A stretch of 64,000 bases of DNA from Clostridiales bacterium (GTDB lineage: Bacteria; Bacillota; Clostridia; Lachnospirales; Lachnospiraceae), in NCBI GenBank assembly GCA_021202015.1, contig JAJQDV010000032.1, positions 20,463 to 84,462 on the forward strand, in the 5' to 3' direction. The notes beneath the pieces were generated by a model that was given only the letters and a program-made list of their open reading frames with translations, did not search any database and was not told the origin of the DNA. Of this stretch, positions 48,419 to 59,109 are shown piece after piece. The translations under genes were made by a program, and so were the position numbers. The first letter of the stretch is position 1. The number at the start of each line of letters is the position of its first letter.

Positions 48419-49462
48419 ATGAAAACAAGTGATTTTTACTTTGATCTGCCGCAGGAGCAGATTGCGCAGGATCCCCTGGAGGATCGTTCGGCGTCACGGC
48501 TGCTTGTTCTGGACAGGGAGACCGGGAAGACGGAGCATACTGTTTTTAAAAATATTTCGGATTATCTGAACCCCGGCGACTGTCTGGTCCTGAATAATAC
48601 GAAGGTGATTCCTGCCCGCCTGTTCGGAGAACGGGAGGGAACGGGCGCACAGATCGAGATCCTGCTGCTGAGACGGCGGGAGAATGATATCTGGGAGACG
48701 CTGGTCAAACCGGGTAAAAAGGCGAAGCCCGGGACGAGGATCCTGTTTGGCGGGGGTCTTCTGACCGGCGAGGTGATCGACATCGTGGAGGACGGAAACC
48801 GGCTGATTCAATTTTCCTATGATGGGATTTTTGAGGAGATTCTGGACCGGCTCGGACAGATGCCGCTGCCTCCCTATATCACACATGAACTGAAGGACAA
48901 AAACCGGTATCAGACGGTTTACGCAAAATATGACGGCTCCGCCGCCGCACCGACGGCCGGACTTCATTTCACACCGGAGCTGCTTCGACAGGTGCGGGAG
49001 GCGGGCGTCGATATCGCGGAGGTGACGCTTCATGTCGGGTTGGGCACCTTCCGTCCGGTAAAGGCGGAGAATGTGACGGATCATCATATGCATTCGGAGT
49101 TCTATCAGATTACGGAAGAGGCTGCGGATGTGATCAACCGGACGAAGGGGCGCGGAGGGCGCGTGATCTGCGTCGGGACGACGAGCTGCCGTACGATCGA
49201 GTCGGCGGCGGATGAGAGCGGGCAGATCCGGCCGTGCAGCGGCTGGACGGATATCTTTATCTACCCCGGCTATCGGTTTAAGGTACTGGACGGCCTGATC
49301 ACGAATTTCCATCTGCCGGAGTCCACGCTGCTTATGCTGGTGTCGGCGCTGGCGGGACGGGAGCATGTGCTGGCGGCGTATGAGGAGGCCGTGCGGACAG
49401 GGTATCGTTTTTTCAGCTTCGGTGATGCGATGCTCATCATAACCGTGATGCCAGAAAAATAA
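48419..49462 (+). CDS. queA: S-adenosylmethionine:tRNA ribosyltransferase-isomerase
   Basis: [50 protein letters not shown]. Confidence 0.98.
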   Translation: MKTSDFYFDLPQEQIAQDPLEDRSASRLLVLDRETGKTEHTVFKNISDYLNPGDCLVLNNTKVIPARLFGEREGTGAQIEILLLRRRENDIWETLVKPGKKAKPGTRILFGGGLLTGEVIDIVEDGNRLIQFSYDGIFEEILDRLGQMPLPPYITHELKDKNRYQTVYAKYDGSAAAPTAGLHFTPELLRQVREAGVDIAEVTLHVGLGTFRPVKAENVTDHHMHSEFYQITEEAADVINRTKGRGGRVICVGTTSCRTIESAADESGQIRPCSGWTDIFIYPGYRFKVLDGLITNFHLPESTLLMLVSALAGREHVLAAYEEAVRTGYRFFSFGDAMLIITVMPEK

Positions 49463-49634
49463 CAAAGTCGGATCACGGTTGCTGTCAGCATCGGGCCGCC
49501 ATGCAGATAAACTGATATGGTAATAAACAGTTTTTTTGTATAAAAAGGCGAATACCATTGACAAATCGGATCTTTTCCGATAAAGTAACTGAGTAAGCAT
49601 TTTGTCTGTTTTTATATGGCTTGAAAATGTTTGT

Positions 49635-49707
49635 GGAGATATAGCTCAGCTGGGAGAGCATCTGCTTGACGTGTAGAGGGTCACAGGTTCGAGTCCTGCT
49701 ATCTCCA
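49635..49707 (+). tRNA. tRNA-Val (anticodon GAC)
   Basis: GGAGATA/TATCTCC acceptor stem, TAGCTCAGCTGGGAGAGC D-arm, TCTGC-TTGACGT-GTAGA anticodon arm, GGTTCGAGTCC T-arm; promoter TTGACA-17-TAAAGT at 49558; CCA not encoded. Confidence 0.93.
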
Positions 49708-49900
49708 TTGGAGAACCCCGGAGCGGGTCCTAAGCAAAGATAAGGGAGTCGGCAAACGTCGGCTCTCTGTTTTTTCGTTTATTAACCACTCATAACTTAT
49801 ACCGGAGCCAGCATTGAACGTGCGGTTGAAATACGGAAAAAATCCTGATACAATAACGAACGGTACGGTTCGGTACGATTTCAACCAGGAGGAAAAATAA

Positions 49901-50197
49901 ATGGAAATCAGTAAAAACGGAAGCGGAAGTAACCTGACTTTGTGCCTGAGCGGGCGTCTCGATACAGCGACGGCTCCGCAGCTGGAGGAAGAATTAAAGA
50001 ATACTCTTACCGGTGTGTCGCAGTTGATATTGGATTTTACGGATCTGGCGTATATATCGTCAGCCGGTCTGCGCGTGCTTCTTTTCGCGCAAAAGACGAT
50101 GAACAAACAGGGCAGTATGCTCATCCGAAATGCCAATGAGACAATCATGGAGGTGTTTGATATTACCGGATTCAGTGAAATTCTCACGATAGAATAA
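49901..50197 (+). CDS. STAS anti-sigma-factor antagonist
   Basis: LSGRLDTATAP, LDFTDLAYISSAGLRVL (phospho-Ser), VFDITGF. Confidence 0.92.
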   Translation: MEISKNGSGSNLTLCLSGRLDTATAPQLEEELKNTLTGVSQLILDFTDLAYISSAGLRVLLFAQKTMNKQGSMLIRNANETIMEVFDITGFSEILTIE

Positions 50198-50244
50198 ACG
50201 GCTGCCGGAATGGAGCCTGAAAAAGGGTTTTTATTGAGGATCTT

Positions 50245-52077
50245 ATGCATAAAAAAGATAAGAAAAAGTCTCAGAGAAGAATCACGCGCCTGCTTGGACA
50301 ATGGCTGCTTCTCTGCGTCTGCATTGCTTTAATCTGTTCAGGACTGTTTGTCTGTTTTCTGCAGAACTGGCTGTCAGACAGGGAGACGAAGAATCTCCTT
50401 TCCATTAACATCTCTGATGTGACTGCGGATATTTCGGATGCGTCAGATGAAAATCTTCTGGCGTTGACGCATACGGTGGCAGATCTGCTGGAAGAGGGAA
50501 CAACAGACCTCGACGCGATCGCTGAGGAATACAGCATTGCGGAAATTAATGTCGTCAATGCGGACGGCGTGGTTACGGCAAGCACCTATGAATCTTTTCT
50601 CGGTTATCAGATGGCGGATGGAGAGCAGTCGGGGGAATTCTGTGTGCTTCTGGGTGATGCGGAAGAATACGTGCAGAGTTATCAGGCGATTTCCTATGAT
50701 GAGAGCATTTCCCGCAAATACGCCGGCGTTTCTCTTAGCAGCGGAGGATTTGTACAGGTGGGATATGACGCGGAAGAGTTTCAGAAGGATATCGATGCGC
50801 AGGTGATCGGTGTGACGCGCAATCGGCACGTCGGTCAGAACGGTTATATTATTATTTCCGATGAGAGCGGTATGATTGTTTCTGATCGAAACGGCGGGGA
50901 AGGCGAAGACCTGTCCGTGACCGGTATCACACTCGATACAGATTCCGTGTCTGTTGAGGAGAAGTTTCGCTCCGATGTATATGGGGAATCATGTTTTTGC
51001 ATGTATGAATATACGGAAGGCTATTATATCATTTCGGTGCTTCCGGTGAGTGAAGCATTTTCTTCCAGAAACATGGCTGTCGTGACTACGGTCATCATGG
51101 AAATCATTGTGTTTGCGTGCGAATTTTTCCTGATTTGTTTTCTGATGTGGCATCTTGTCGTAAAAAATATTTATATAATCAATGACAGTCTTTCTGAAAT
51201 TACGGATGGCCATCTGGATGTGACTGTCGATGTCTGCACCAACAGGGAATTTACATCTCTGTCCCATGATATCAATGCGACGGTAGATACACTGAAGCGG
51301 TACATCGCGGAAACGGCTGCACGGATTGACCGGGAGCTTGCATATGCAAAGGAGATTCAGTATTCTTCCCTTCCGGGTATTTTTCCGCCGTACACTGACT
51401 GCATACAGTTTGATCTGTTTGCGTCCATGAACACGGCAAAGGAAGTGGGCGGTGATTTTTACGATTTTTATTTTGCCGGAGAAGACAGACTGGCATTTCT
51501 GGTCGCTGACGTTTCCGGAAAAGGAATCCCCGCAGCGATGTTCATGATGCGTGCGAAGACATTGATTAAGGGGTTTGCGGAATCCGGCATGGAGGTCGAC
51601 GAGGTTTTTACAGAGGCGAATACGCGTCTTTGTGAAAACAATGAAGCGAATATGTTTGTGACGGCATGGCTCGGAGTACTTGATTTGAAGACCGGCATTG
51701 TCGAATATGTGAATGCAGGGCATAATCCGCCGCTGGTGAAATGCAGGGGCAATGAGTTTCATTATCTGAAATCCCATCCGGGATTTGTTCTTGCCGGGAT
51801 GGAAGGTATCCGTTATCGCAAAAATGAGTTGCAGCTTTCTCCGGGGGATACCATTTTCCTGTATACGGACGGTGTCACGGAAGCGGCGGATGCACAGATG
51901 ATACTTTACGGTGAGAGCCGGCTGCTTGCAGTTGTAAACAGGGAAGAGATGACACCGGAGGAGCTTTGTGCCGCGGTGAAAGCAGATGTAGATCTGTTTG
52001 TCGGCGACGCCCCGCAGTTTGATGATATCACAATGCTTGCACTGAAATATAAGGGAGACGGCACAGAAGGAAATTGA
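50245..52077 (+). CDS. Membrane SpoIIE/RsbU-type PP2C phosphatase with extracellular sensor and HAMP domains
   Basis: Two TM segments, HAMP, AKEVGGDFYDF, ADVSGKGIPAA, NAGHNPP, YTDGVTEA, QFDDITML. Confidence 0.92.
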   Translation: MHKKDKKKSQRRITRLLGQWLLLCVCIALICSGLFVCFLQNWLSDRETKNLLSINISDVTADISDASDENLLALTHTVADLLEEGTTDLDAIAEEYSIAEINVVNADGVVTASTYESFLGYQMADGEQSGEFCVLLGDAEEYVQSYQAISYDESISRKYAGVSLSSGGFVQVGYDAEEFQKDIDAQVIGVTRNRHVGQNGYIIISDESGMIVSDRNGGEGEDLSVTGITLDTDSVSVEEKFRSDVYGESCFCMYEYTEGYYIISVLPVSEAFSSRNMAVVTTVIMEIIVFACEFFLICFLMWHLVVKNIYIINDSLSEITDGHLDVTVDVCTNREFTSLSHDINATVDTLKRYIAETAARIDRELAYAKEIQYSSLPGIFPPYTDCIQFDLFASMNTAKEVGGDFYDFYFAGEDRLAFLVADVSGKGIPAAMFMMRAKTLIKGFAESGMEVDEVFTEANTRLCENNEANMFVTAWLGVLDLKTGIVEYVNAGHNPPLVKCRGNEFHYLKSHPGFVLAGMEGIRYRKNELQLSPGDTIFLYTDGVTEAADAQMILYGESRLLAVVNREEMTPEELCAAVKADVDLFVGDAPQFDDITMLALKYKGDGTEGN

Positions 52078-52116
52078 AAACCGGATGATTCTGCATGTGC
52101 TTAAACTGTATATGTA

Positions 52117-52545
52117 ATGATGAGGGAGTATGTAATCATGAATGAATTATCTGTAGACGCAGTTGTTGAAAATATAGAAACGGTTACAGATTTCGTAAAT
52201 AAGTATCTGGAAGCATATGGTTGTCCGATGAAGGCTCAGATGCAGATTGATATCGCCATCGATGAGCTGTTTGGAAATATCGCGCATTATGCTTATCATC
52301 CGGAAATCGGACCGGCGACCGTCCGTGTTGAGGTAATGGAAGATCCCCTGTCGGTCATTATCACGTTTATCGACCGTGGCGCTCCGTTTGATCCGCTGAG
52401 AGCAGGCGATCCGGATACGACACTCTCAGCGGACGAGAGAAGCTTTGGCGGTCTTGGCATCTATACGGTGAAAAAAATCATGGATGATATTTCTTATGAA
52501 TACAGGGACGGGAAAAATATCCTTCGAATCAGGAAGAAAATATAA
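52117..52545 (+). CDS. Anti-sigma factor / Ser kinase (HATPase_c_2)
   Basis: DIAIDELFGNIAHYAY, FIDRGAPFDP, GGLGI. Confidence 0.9.
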   Translation: MMREYVIMNELSVDAVVENIETVTDFVNKYLEAYGCPMKAQMQIDIAIDELFGNIAHYAYHPEIGPATVRVEVMEDPLSVIITFIDRGAPFDPLRAGDPDTTLSADERSFGGLGIYTVKKIMDDISYEYRDGKNILRIRKKI

Positions 52546-52557
52546 AGACAGGGGAAA

Positions 52558-52875
52558 TTGGATTCCCGACACTACCTATGGATCAGGGAGAGATTTATGA
52601 GGACGGCACGCCGGCAGGATACCCTGTGCCGCGCATTTGAGGAAATCTGTGCGATGAATATTATTCCGAATCAGTCGGAAGCATATGTCCTGCGTATTTC
52701 GACGGAATATGAAGAGGATACCGATACGCTCGAAATGCGGTTTGAGTGGAGCGGAGAGCCGTATAACCCGATGGAAGAAGGAGACGAACTTTCCATCACA
52801 CTTGTAAAGGCATATTTGAAGGATGCGGACTATACATATGCAGATGGAGAAAACAGACTGCGGGTGTCCATGTAA
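52558..52875 (+). CDS. Hypothetical protein, degenerate HATPase-like fold
   Basis: FEEIC..., WSGEPYNP, Y..GENRL resemble the upstream HATPase without the N-box Asn or GXG; TTG start. Confidence 0.5.
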   Translation: MDSRHYLWIRERFMRTARRQDTLCRAFEEICAMNIIPNQSEAYVLRISTEYEEDTDTLEMRFEWSGEPYNPMEEGDELSITLVKAYLKDADYTYADGENRLRVSM

Positions 52876-52887
52876 TCCTGAAATATA

Positions 52888-53985
52888 TTATTTTTCATAT
52901 ATTGTATAATGATGCCTGTTCAGCAGCTGTACCGCTTTATCATAGGACGCCTGATCGTAAAACTCCACCTGCAGTACGCCCTGCTGGAACTCGCGGTTGT
53001 GGATGATGCCGATATTCCTGATGCTGATCCCGTTCGTCGCCAGTATGGTGGCGATCGTAGCGATTCCGCCCGCCTCGTCGATCAGATCGAGGAACAGCCG
53101 GTAGATCGGACGGAGCGCGCCGCGGTTGATGTTGAAGGAATCGCGGTATTCCTTTGCGGAACTGAAAAAGTCCCGGATCTCCGTTTCATCGCCGCCATTG
53201 ATGGTATCTCTGGTTTTCTGAATCTCCTCCACATATGCGTCGATCAGATCAAGGATCTGATCCTTGTTGGCGATGCAGATATTCTCCCACATGCAGGGAT
53301 CGGAGGAGGCCACACGCGTGATATCCCTGAAACCGCCGGCCGCGATCGTCCGCAGCGTTTCACTGTCATCGTCCAGATTCTTCACGAGATTGACCAGCGT
53401 GCAGGCGATGACCGTCGGCAGATGGCTGATGGATCCCACGGAGAAATCATGCTTTTTGTAATCCAGAATCAGCGGAATCGCACCGATGCTCTTAATAAAA
53501 GCCTCAAATTCCATGACCTTTGAATGGGAGACCGTCGGCGTCGGGGTCAGGACATAATACGCGTTTTCCAGCATGTAAGGCGTGGAATTCTCATAACCGG
53601 TGTGCTCCGTGCCGCACATGGGATGTCCGCCGATGAAATGCTTTTCCAGTTCCGGGTACAGCTGAATATTTTCATGAATCCTGTTTTTTACGCTTCCGAC
53701 GTCCGTCAGCAGCATATTTGCGTGAAGAAGGCCGGAAAGCTTCTGCACGTAATCGTTATTATCCAGAACCGGGGCGCACAGATAGATATATTCGCAGTCC
53801 GCGAAAGCGTCCGTCACGCCGTCGCAGGCCTCTGTGATCACGCCGTCTTCGAGCGCGGCTGCCAGTGTCTCCGCGGATGTGTCGTATGCGATCAGCGGGA
53901 TATCCGGATAAATGCGGTGAATGGTCTTTGCGACGGAACCGCCGATATGTCCGAGCCCGATAAAGCCGATTTTTTCTGGTTTCAT
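52888..53985 (-). CDS. tyrA: Prephenate dehydrogenase with C-terminal ACT domain
   Basis: IGLGHIGGS, TDVGSVK, GGHPMCGTE, ISHLP, AGGFRDITRVASS, NIGIIHNRE. Confidence 0.93.
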   Translation of the reverse strand: MKPEKIGFIGLGHIGGSVAKTIHRIYPDIPLIAYDTSAETLAAALEDGVITEACDGVTDAFADCEYIYLCAPVLDNNDYVQKLSGLLHANMLLTDVGSVKNRIHENIQLYPELEKHFIGGHPMCGTEHTGYENSTPYMLENAYYVLTPTPTVSHSKVMEFEAFIKSIGAIPLILDYKKHDFSVGSISHLPTVIACTLVNLVKNLDDDSETLRTIAAGGFRDITRVASSDPCMWENICIANKDQILDLIDAYVEEIQKTRDTINGGDETEIRDFFSSAKEYRDSFNINRGALRPIYRLFLDLIDEAGGIATIATILATNGISIRNIGIIHNREFQQGVLQVEFYDQASYDKAVQLLNRHHYTIYEK

Positions 53986-54358
53986 ACTCTTTTCTCCTGC
54001 TGTAATTAAATCCTGCTGTAAGTAAGTTTGAATATACAGATCGTGGCAGCTGCAACGGAGTCTTTTTGTTTACAATACATCAGAAAATACTGCAATGCAG
54101 CCAGATATGATGATAATCTTTTTGCCCGGAAAAGTCAACGCTTTAAAGAGCAAAAGAATCATTTCCATTTTGCCTTTACAAAATCCGGAAACAGGGAAAA
54201 GAATCGCATGGACAGATTGCATAAAAGAGTTGCAAAAACCTCTAAAGTTTAGTAGAATGTAACCAGTGCTGAAAACACGGAGCGGTTGACTTTTTTGTTT
54301 GACAGTATGCTGTGATGTGATGCAGGCACATATGAATCTGGTATTGGAGGAACAGAAT

Positions 54359-56431
54359 ATGAAGATTTACACCACAGACAAGATCCGCAACGTTGCCGTA
54401 CTCGGACACGGAGGAGCCGGCAAGACGACGCTGGTCGAGGCGATGGCCTATCTTGCGGGCGTGACCGGCCGCATGGGAAAGGTGACGGATGGCAACACGA
54501 TCAGCGATTACGATAAAGAGGAGATCAAACGCGGTTTTTCCATCAGCACGTCGATCGTGCCGATCGAGTGGGGCGATACGAAGATCAATCTTCTCGACAC
54601 GCCCGGATTTTTCGATTTCGTCGGCGAGGTAGAGGAGGCGGTTGCGGCTGCGGACGCCGCGATTATCGTGATCAACGGCAAGTCCGGCGTGGAGGTCGGC
54701 ACACAGAAGGCATGGGAGATCTGCGAGAAGTACAATCTTCCGCGTCTGATCTGCGTGACCGGTATGGACGATGACAACGCCAGCTTCCGTCAGGTCGTGC
54801 AGGATATGCAGGAGCTGTATGGGAAGAAGATCGCGCCTTTCCATATCCCGCTTCGCGCGAATGAGAAGTTTATCGGCCTGATCAACCTGATCACGCAGGA
54901 GGCATATAAATGGGACCGCAACGGCAACACAGTTCCGACCGACGTGCCGGATTACTCCAGACCGAATATCGAGCTGCTCCGTGAGGCGCTCCTGGAGGCG
55001 GTGGCCGAGACCAGCGAGGAGTATATGGACCGTTATTTCGAGGGAGATGAGTTCTCTGAGAATGAGATCCGCCAGGCGCTTCGCGTCAGCGTGACGGACG
55101 GCTCCATCGTTCCGATCTCCGTTGCGTCCGGTATCGTTGCGCACGGTGTCTTTACCCTGCTGGATGATATTATAAAATATCTCCCGGGACCGGACAAGAA
55201 ACAGTGCAAGGCGATCAATATCAAATCCAACGAAGTATACGATGCGGATTTCAACTTCTCGAAGGCGAAGAGCGCCTATATTTTCAAGACGATCGTGGAT
55301 CCTTTTATCGGGAAATACTCCCTGATCAAGGTGACCTCCGGCGTCATCAAGACGGACGATGTGCTTTACAACGAGGAGCACGGCATGGATGACAAGATCG
55401 GCAAGGTCTACATCCTGCGCGGCAATAAGCCGGAGGAGGTCGCCGAGCTGCACGCCGGCGATATCGGCGCCCTTGCGAAGCTGAACAAGGTCGTTACGAC
55501 CGACACCCTGTCCACGAAGTCTACGCCGCTTACCTTTGTGAAGACCGCGATCTCGAAGCCGTATACATACATGGCATACAAGCCGGTCAACAAGGCGGAT
55601 GTGGATAAGGTCTCTCAGGCACTGCAGAAGCTGATGCAGGAGGATCTGACGCTGAAGGTGGTCAATGACAGCGAGAATCATCAGACGCTGCTCTACGGGA
55701 TCGGCGAGCAGCAGCTCGATGTCGTTGTAAGCAAGCTGGCTGATAAGTATAAGGTTCAGATTACGCTGGAGAAGCCGAGGGTTCCGTTCCGCGAGACGAT
55801 CCGCAAGAAGGCGGATGTGGAGTCCAAGTATAAAAAACAGTCCGGCGGACACGGACAGTACGGGCATGTAAAGATGACGTTTGAACCCTCCGGAGATCTG
55901 GAGACGCCCTATGAGTTCGATCAGATCGTAGTCGGCGGCGCGGTTCCGAAGAACTATTTCCCGGCCGTGGAGAAGGGTGTTCAGGACGCAGTGGAGAAAG
56001 GACCGCTGGCCGGTTATCCGGTTGTCGGTGTGAAGGCCGTGCTCTACGACGGATCCTACCATCCGGTGGATTCTTCCGAGATGGCTTTCAAGACCGCCTC
56101 TATTCAGGCGTTCAAGAAGGGCTTCATGGAGGCTTCCCCGGTACTGCTGGAGCCGATCTCTTCGCTGAAGGTTCTTGTGCCCGACGCTTACACCGGCGAT
56201 ATCATGGGCGACCTGAACAAACGGCGCGGCCGTGTCCTCGGCATGAACCCCGTGGAGGGCGGCAAGCAGGAGATCGTCGCGGACATCCCGACCTCCGAGC
56301 TGTACGGTTACAATACCGACCTGCGTTCCATGACAGGCGGCAGCGGCACCTATTCCTATGAGTTCGCGCGCTACGAGCAGGCGCCTTCCGACATTCAGGA
56401 GAAGGAGATCGCGGCCCGGGCGGAGGAGTAG
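54359..56431 (+). CDS. Elongation factor G paralogue (EF-G2/FusA2) with divergent G motifs
   Basis: GHGGAGKT, RGFSI, DTPGFFDF, TGMD; YKKQSGGHGQYG, DGSYHPVDSSEMAF, LLEPI. Confidence 0.92.
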   Translation: MKIYTTDKIRNVAVLGHGGAGKTTLVEAMAYLAGVTGRMGKVTDGNTISDYDKEEIKRGFSISTSIVPIEWGDTKINLLDTPGFFDFVGEVEEAVAAADAAIIVINGKSGVEVGTQKAWEICEKYNLPRLICVTGMDDDNASFRQVVQDMQELYGKKIAPFHIPLRANEKFIGLINLITQEAYKWDRNGNTVPTDVPDYSRPNIELLREALLEAVAETSEEYMDRYFEGDEFSENEIRQALRVSVTDGSIVPISVASGIVAHGVFTLLDDIIKYLPGPDKKQCKAINIKSNEVYDADFNFSKAKSAYIFKTIVDPFIGKYSLIKVTSGVIKTDDVLYNEEHGMDDKIGKVYILRGNKPEEVAELHAGDIGALAKLNKVVTTDTLSTKSTPLTFVKTAISKPYTYMAYKPVNKADVDKVSQALQKLMQEDLTLKVVNDSENHQTLLYGIGEQQLDVVVSKLADKYKVQITLEKPRVPFRETIRKKADVESKYKKQSGGHGQYGHVKMTFEPSGDLETPYEFDQIVVGGAVPKNYFPAVEKGVQDAVEKGPLAGYPVVGVKAVLYDGSYHPVDSSEMAFKTASIQAFKKGFMEASPVLLEPISSLKVLVPDAYTGDIMGDLNKRRGRVLGMNPVEGGKQEIVADIPTSELYGYNTDLRSMTGGSGTYSYEFARYEQAPSDIQEKEIAARAEE

Positions 56432-56462
56432 GATTTTGAATTAACGACTGAAATATAATGAT

Positions 56463-56512
56463 AAAAAATCGGCATATCCGGTACAAAATACCGGCCTGTG
56501 CCGATTTTTTTT
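56463..56512 (+). terminator. Intrinsic terminator after the EF-G paralogue
   Basis: AAAAAATCGGCA...TGCCGATTTTTTT inverted repeat. Confidence 0.75.
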
Positions 56513-56634
56513 AGTGGAAATTCTTTTGGTTGCTTTCAGTTTCGTATTGTGCTAAACTTTTGTAGATATCGAAAAAAATTATTTTTGAAATTTAATAAGC
56601 ATAAAATGATTTGTATTATATATGGAGGAAACGC

Positions 56635-59052
56635 ATGGCTGAGTTATACAATCACAAGGTGGTAGAACCGAAATGGCAGAAGATTTGGGATGATGAGAAG
56701 GCTTTTGCCGCGACAGATGATTATACAAAACCGAAATATTACGCGCTGGTAGAGTTTCCTTATCCGTCGGGGCAGGGGCTTCACGTCGGGCATCCGCGGC
56801 CGTACACCGCGCTGGATATCGTAGCCAGGAAGCGCCGGATGCAGGGATACAACGTGCTTTATCCGATGGGATGGGACGCGTTCGGACTTCCGACGGAGAA
56901 TTACGCGATCAAAAACAAAATCCACCCGGCCGTTGTGACAGAGAACAATGTCGCGCGGTTTAAGGGACAGCTCCATGCGCTGGGCTATTCCTTTGACTGG
57001 GACCGCGAGGTGAATACGACGGATCCGGAGTATTACAGATGGACGCAGTGGATTTTCTTGCAGCTGTTCAAAAAGGGTCTTGCCTATAAAAAGGAGATGC
57101 CGATCAACTGGTGTACCTCCTGCAAGGTCGGCCTGGCCAATGAGGAGGTCGTAAACGGCGTCTGTGAGCGCTGCGGCGCGCCGGTGGTGCGCAAGGTCAA
57201 GAGCGAGTGGATGCTGAAGATCACGGATTACGCAGACAAGCTCATCGACGGGCTCGCGGATGTGGATTATATCGAGCGCGTAAAGGTTTCCCAGAAAAAC
57301 TGGATCGGCCGTTCCACAGGGGCGGAGGTAGATTTTCCAATCAAAGGAAAGGAAGAGAAGCTTCGCATCTATACGACGCGGGCAGATACGCTGTTCGGCG
57401 TGACTTATATGGTTGTTTCTCCGGAGCATCCGTATCTGGATCAGTTTAAGGATGAGATCAAAAACTGGGACGAGATCGCGGCCTACCGCGAACAGGCTTC
57501 CCGGAAGTCCGATTTTGAGCGGGCGGAACTGGCGAAGGAGAAGACCGGCGTCGCCATTGACGGGCTTGCCGCGGTCAATCCGGTGAATCAGAAGGAGGTG
57601 CCGATCTGGGTATCGGATTATGTCCTGATGAGCTACGGGACCGGCGCGATCATGGCGGTTCCGGGTCACGACAGCAGAGACTGGGAGTTCGCGAAAAAGT
57701 TCGGACTTCCGATCATTCAGGTGGTTGCAAAGAACGGCGAAGAGGTTGACATCAATGAGGCGGCCTTTACGGACGTGGCGACCGGCATCCTCGTGAACTC
57801 CGGTTTTCTGAACGGCCTGGAGGTGCGCGATGCGAAGAATAAAATGATCTCCTGGCTCGAGGAGCAGGGCATCGGAACGGCAAAGGTGAATTACAAGCTG
57901 CGCGACTGGGTTTTTTCCCGCCAGAGATACTGGGGAGAACCGATTCCGATCGTGGAGTGCGAAAAGTGCGGATTTGTTCCCATTGATGAGAGCGAACTGC
58001 CGCTGCTCCTGCCGGAGGTGGAGAGCTATATGCCGACGGACAACGGCGAGTCACCGCTCGCAGCCATGACGGACTGGGTGAACACGACCTGTCCCTGCTG
58101 CGGCGGCCCGGCGAAGCGGGAGACGGACACGATGCCCCAGTGGGCGGGTTCCTCCTGGTATTTCCTCCGCTATACCGACCCGAAAAATAAAGAGGCGCTT
58201 GCAAGTAAAGAAGCGTTGGATTACTGGATGCCGGTGGACTGGTATAACGGCGGCATGGAGCACACGACGCTCCATCTGCTGTATTCGCGGTTCTGGCACA
58301 AGTTCCTCTACGATGAGGGCGTGGTGCCCTGTCCGGAGCCGTATCAGAAGCGGACGTCTCACGGCATGATTCTCGGTGAGAATGGGGAGAAGATGTCGAA
58401 GTCCCGCGGCAATGTCGTGAATCCGGATGATATTGTCCGGGAGTACGGCGCAGATACGCTGCGCACCTATGAGATGTTTATCGGCGCCTTTGATCTGGCG
58501 GCTTCGTGGTCTGAGGACGGCGTGAAGGGCTGCCGGCGGTTTCTGGAGCGCGTCTGGAGACTGCAGGATATTGTGACGGAGGAGACCGGTTATTCGAAGG
58601 ATCTCGAGACAAAGATGCACCAGACGATCAAAAAGGTGTCCTCTGATTTTGAAAATTTAAAATATAATACAGCCATCGCGGCCATGATGGCGCTGTTAAA
58701 TGATTTTTACGCAAAAGGTTCTCTGACGAGGGATGAGTTTCAAACGCTCCTGATCCTGCTGAATCCGGTGGCTCCGCATATTACGGAGGAGATCTGGAGC
58801 CGGATCGGCTGTGCGGGCAGGATCTATCAGCAGACCTGGCCGGAGTATGACGAGGCGAAGACGGTAGAGAGCACGGTGGAGATCGCGGTTCAGATCAACG
58901 GAAAGATGCGCGCGACCATCGCCATCGGCAAGGACGACCCGAAGGAAGAGGTTCTTGCGAAGGCGAAGGAGGCTGTCGCCGCAAAACTGACCGGCACGAT
59001 CGTGAAGGAAATCTATGTGCCGGGGCGCATTGTGAACATCGTACAGAAATAG
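56635..59052 (+). CDS. leuS: Leucine--tRNA ligase
   Basis: [39 protein letters not shown]. Confidence 0.98.
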   Translation: MAELYNHKVVEPKWQKIWDDEKAFAATDDYTKPKYYALVEFPYPSGQGLHVGHPRPYTALDIVARKRRMQGYNVLYPMGWDAFGLPTENYAIKNKIHPAVVTENNVARFKGQLHALGYSFDWDREVNTTDPEYYRWTQWIFLQLFKKGLAYKKEMPINWCTSCKVGLANEEVVNGVCERCGAPVVRKVKSEWMLKITDYADKLIDGLADVDYIERVKVSQKNWIGRSTGAEVDFPIKGKEEKLRIYTTRADTLFGVTYMVVSPEHPYLDQFKDEIKNWDEIAAYREQASRKSDFERAELAKEKTGVAIDGLAAVNPVNQKEVPIWVSDYVLMSYGTGAIMAVPGHDSRDWEFAKKFGLPIIQVVAKNGEEVDINEAAFTDVATGILVNSGFLNGLEVRDAKNKMISWLEEQGIGTAKVNYKLRDWVFSRQRYWGEPIPIVECEKCGFVPIDESELPLLLPEVESYMPTDNGESPLAAMTDWVNTTCPCCGGPAKRETDTMPQWAGSSWYFLRYTDPKNKEALASKEALDYWMPVDWYNGGMEHTTLHLLYSRFWHKFLYDEGVVPCPEPYQKRTSHGMILGENGEKMSKSRGNVVNPDDIVREYGADTLRTYEMFIGAFDLAASWSEDGVKGCRRFLERVWRLQDIVTEETGYSKDLETKMHQTIKKVSSDFENLKYNTAIAAMMALLNDFYAKGSLTRDEFQTLLILLNPVAPHITEEIWSRIGCAGRIYQQTWPEYDEAKTVESTVEIAVQINGKMRATIAIGKDDPKEEVLAKAKEAVAAKLTGTIVKEIYVPGRIVNIVQK

Positions 59053-59109
59053 CAACAGAAACAACGTTTCATAATCACAATTTATTCGGATTGACAGCGA
59101 GGATAATTT

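Noticed and set aside
49708-52887. Integrated island at tRNA-Val
   Set aside because: No integrase and no duplicated tRNA 3' end found downstream.
54242-56062. Long antisense ORFs (606 aa here; also 46464-47951, 27172-28647, 29240-30415, 32885-34063, 14484-15614)
   Set aside because: They are exact shadows of well-conserved sense genes, explained by codon bias, with no recognisable motifs.
56431-56634. T-box upstream of leuS; SAM or cobalamin riboswitches upstream of metY and cobT
   Set aside because: No T-box antiterminator consensus or riboswitch core is visible; the spaces hold a terminator/promoter or the repeat element.
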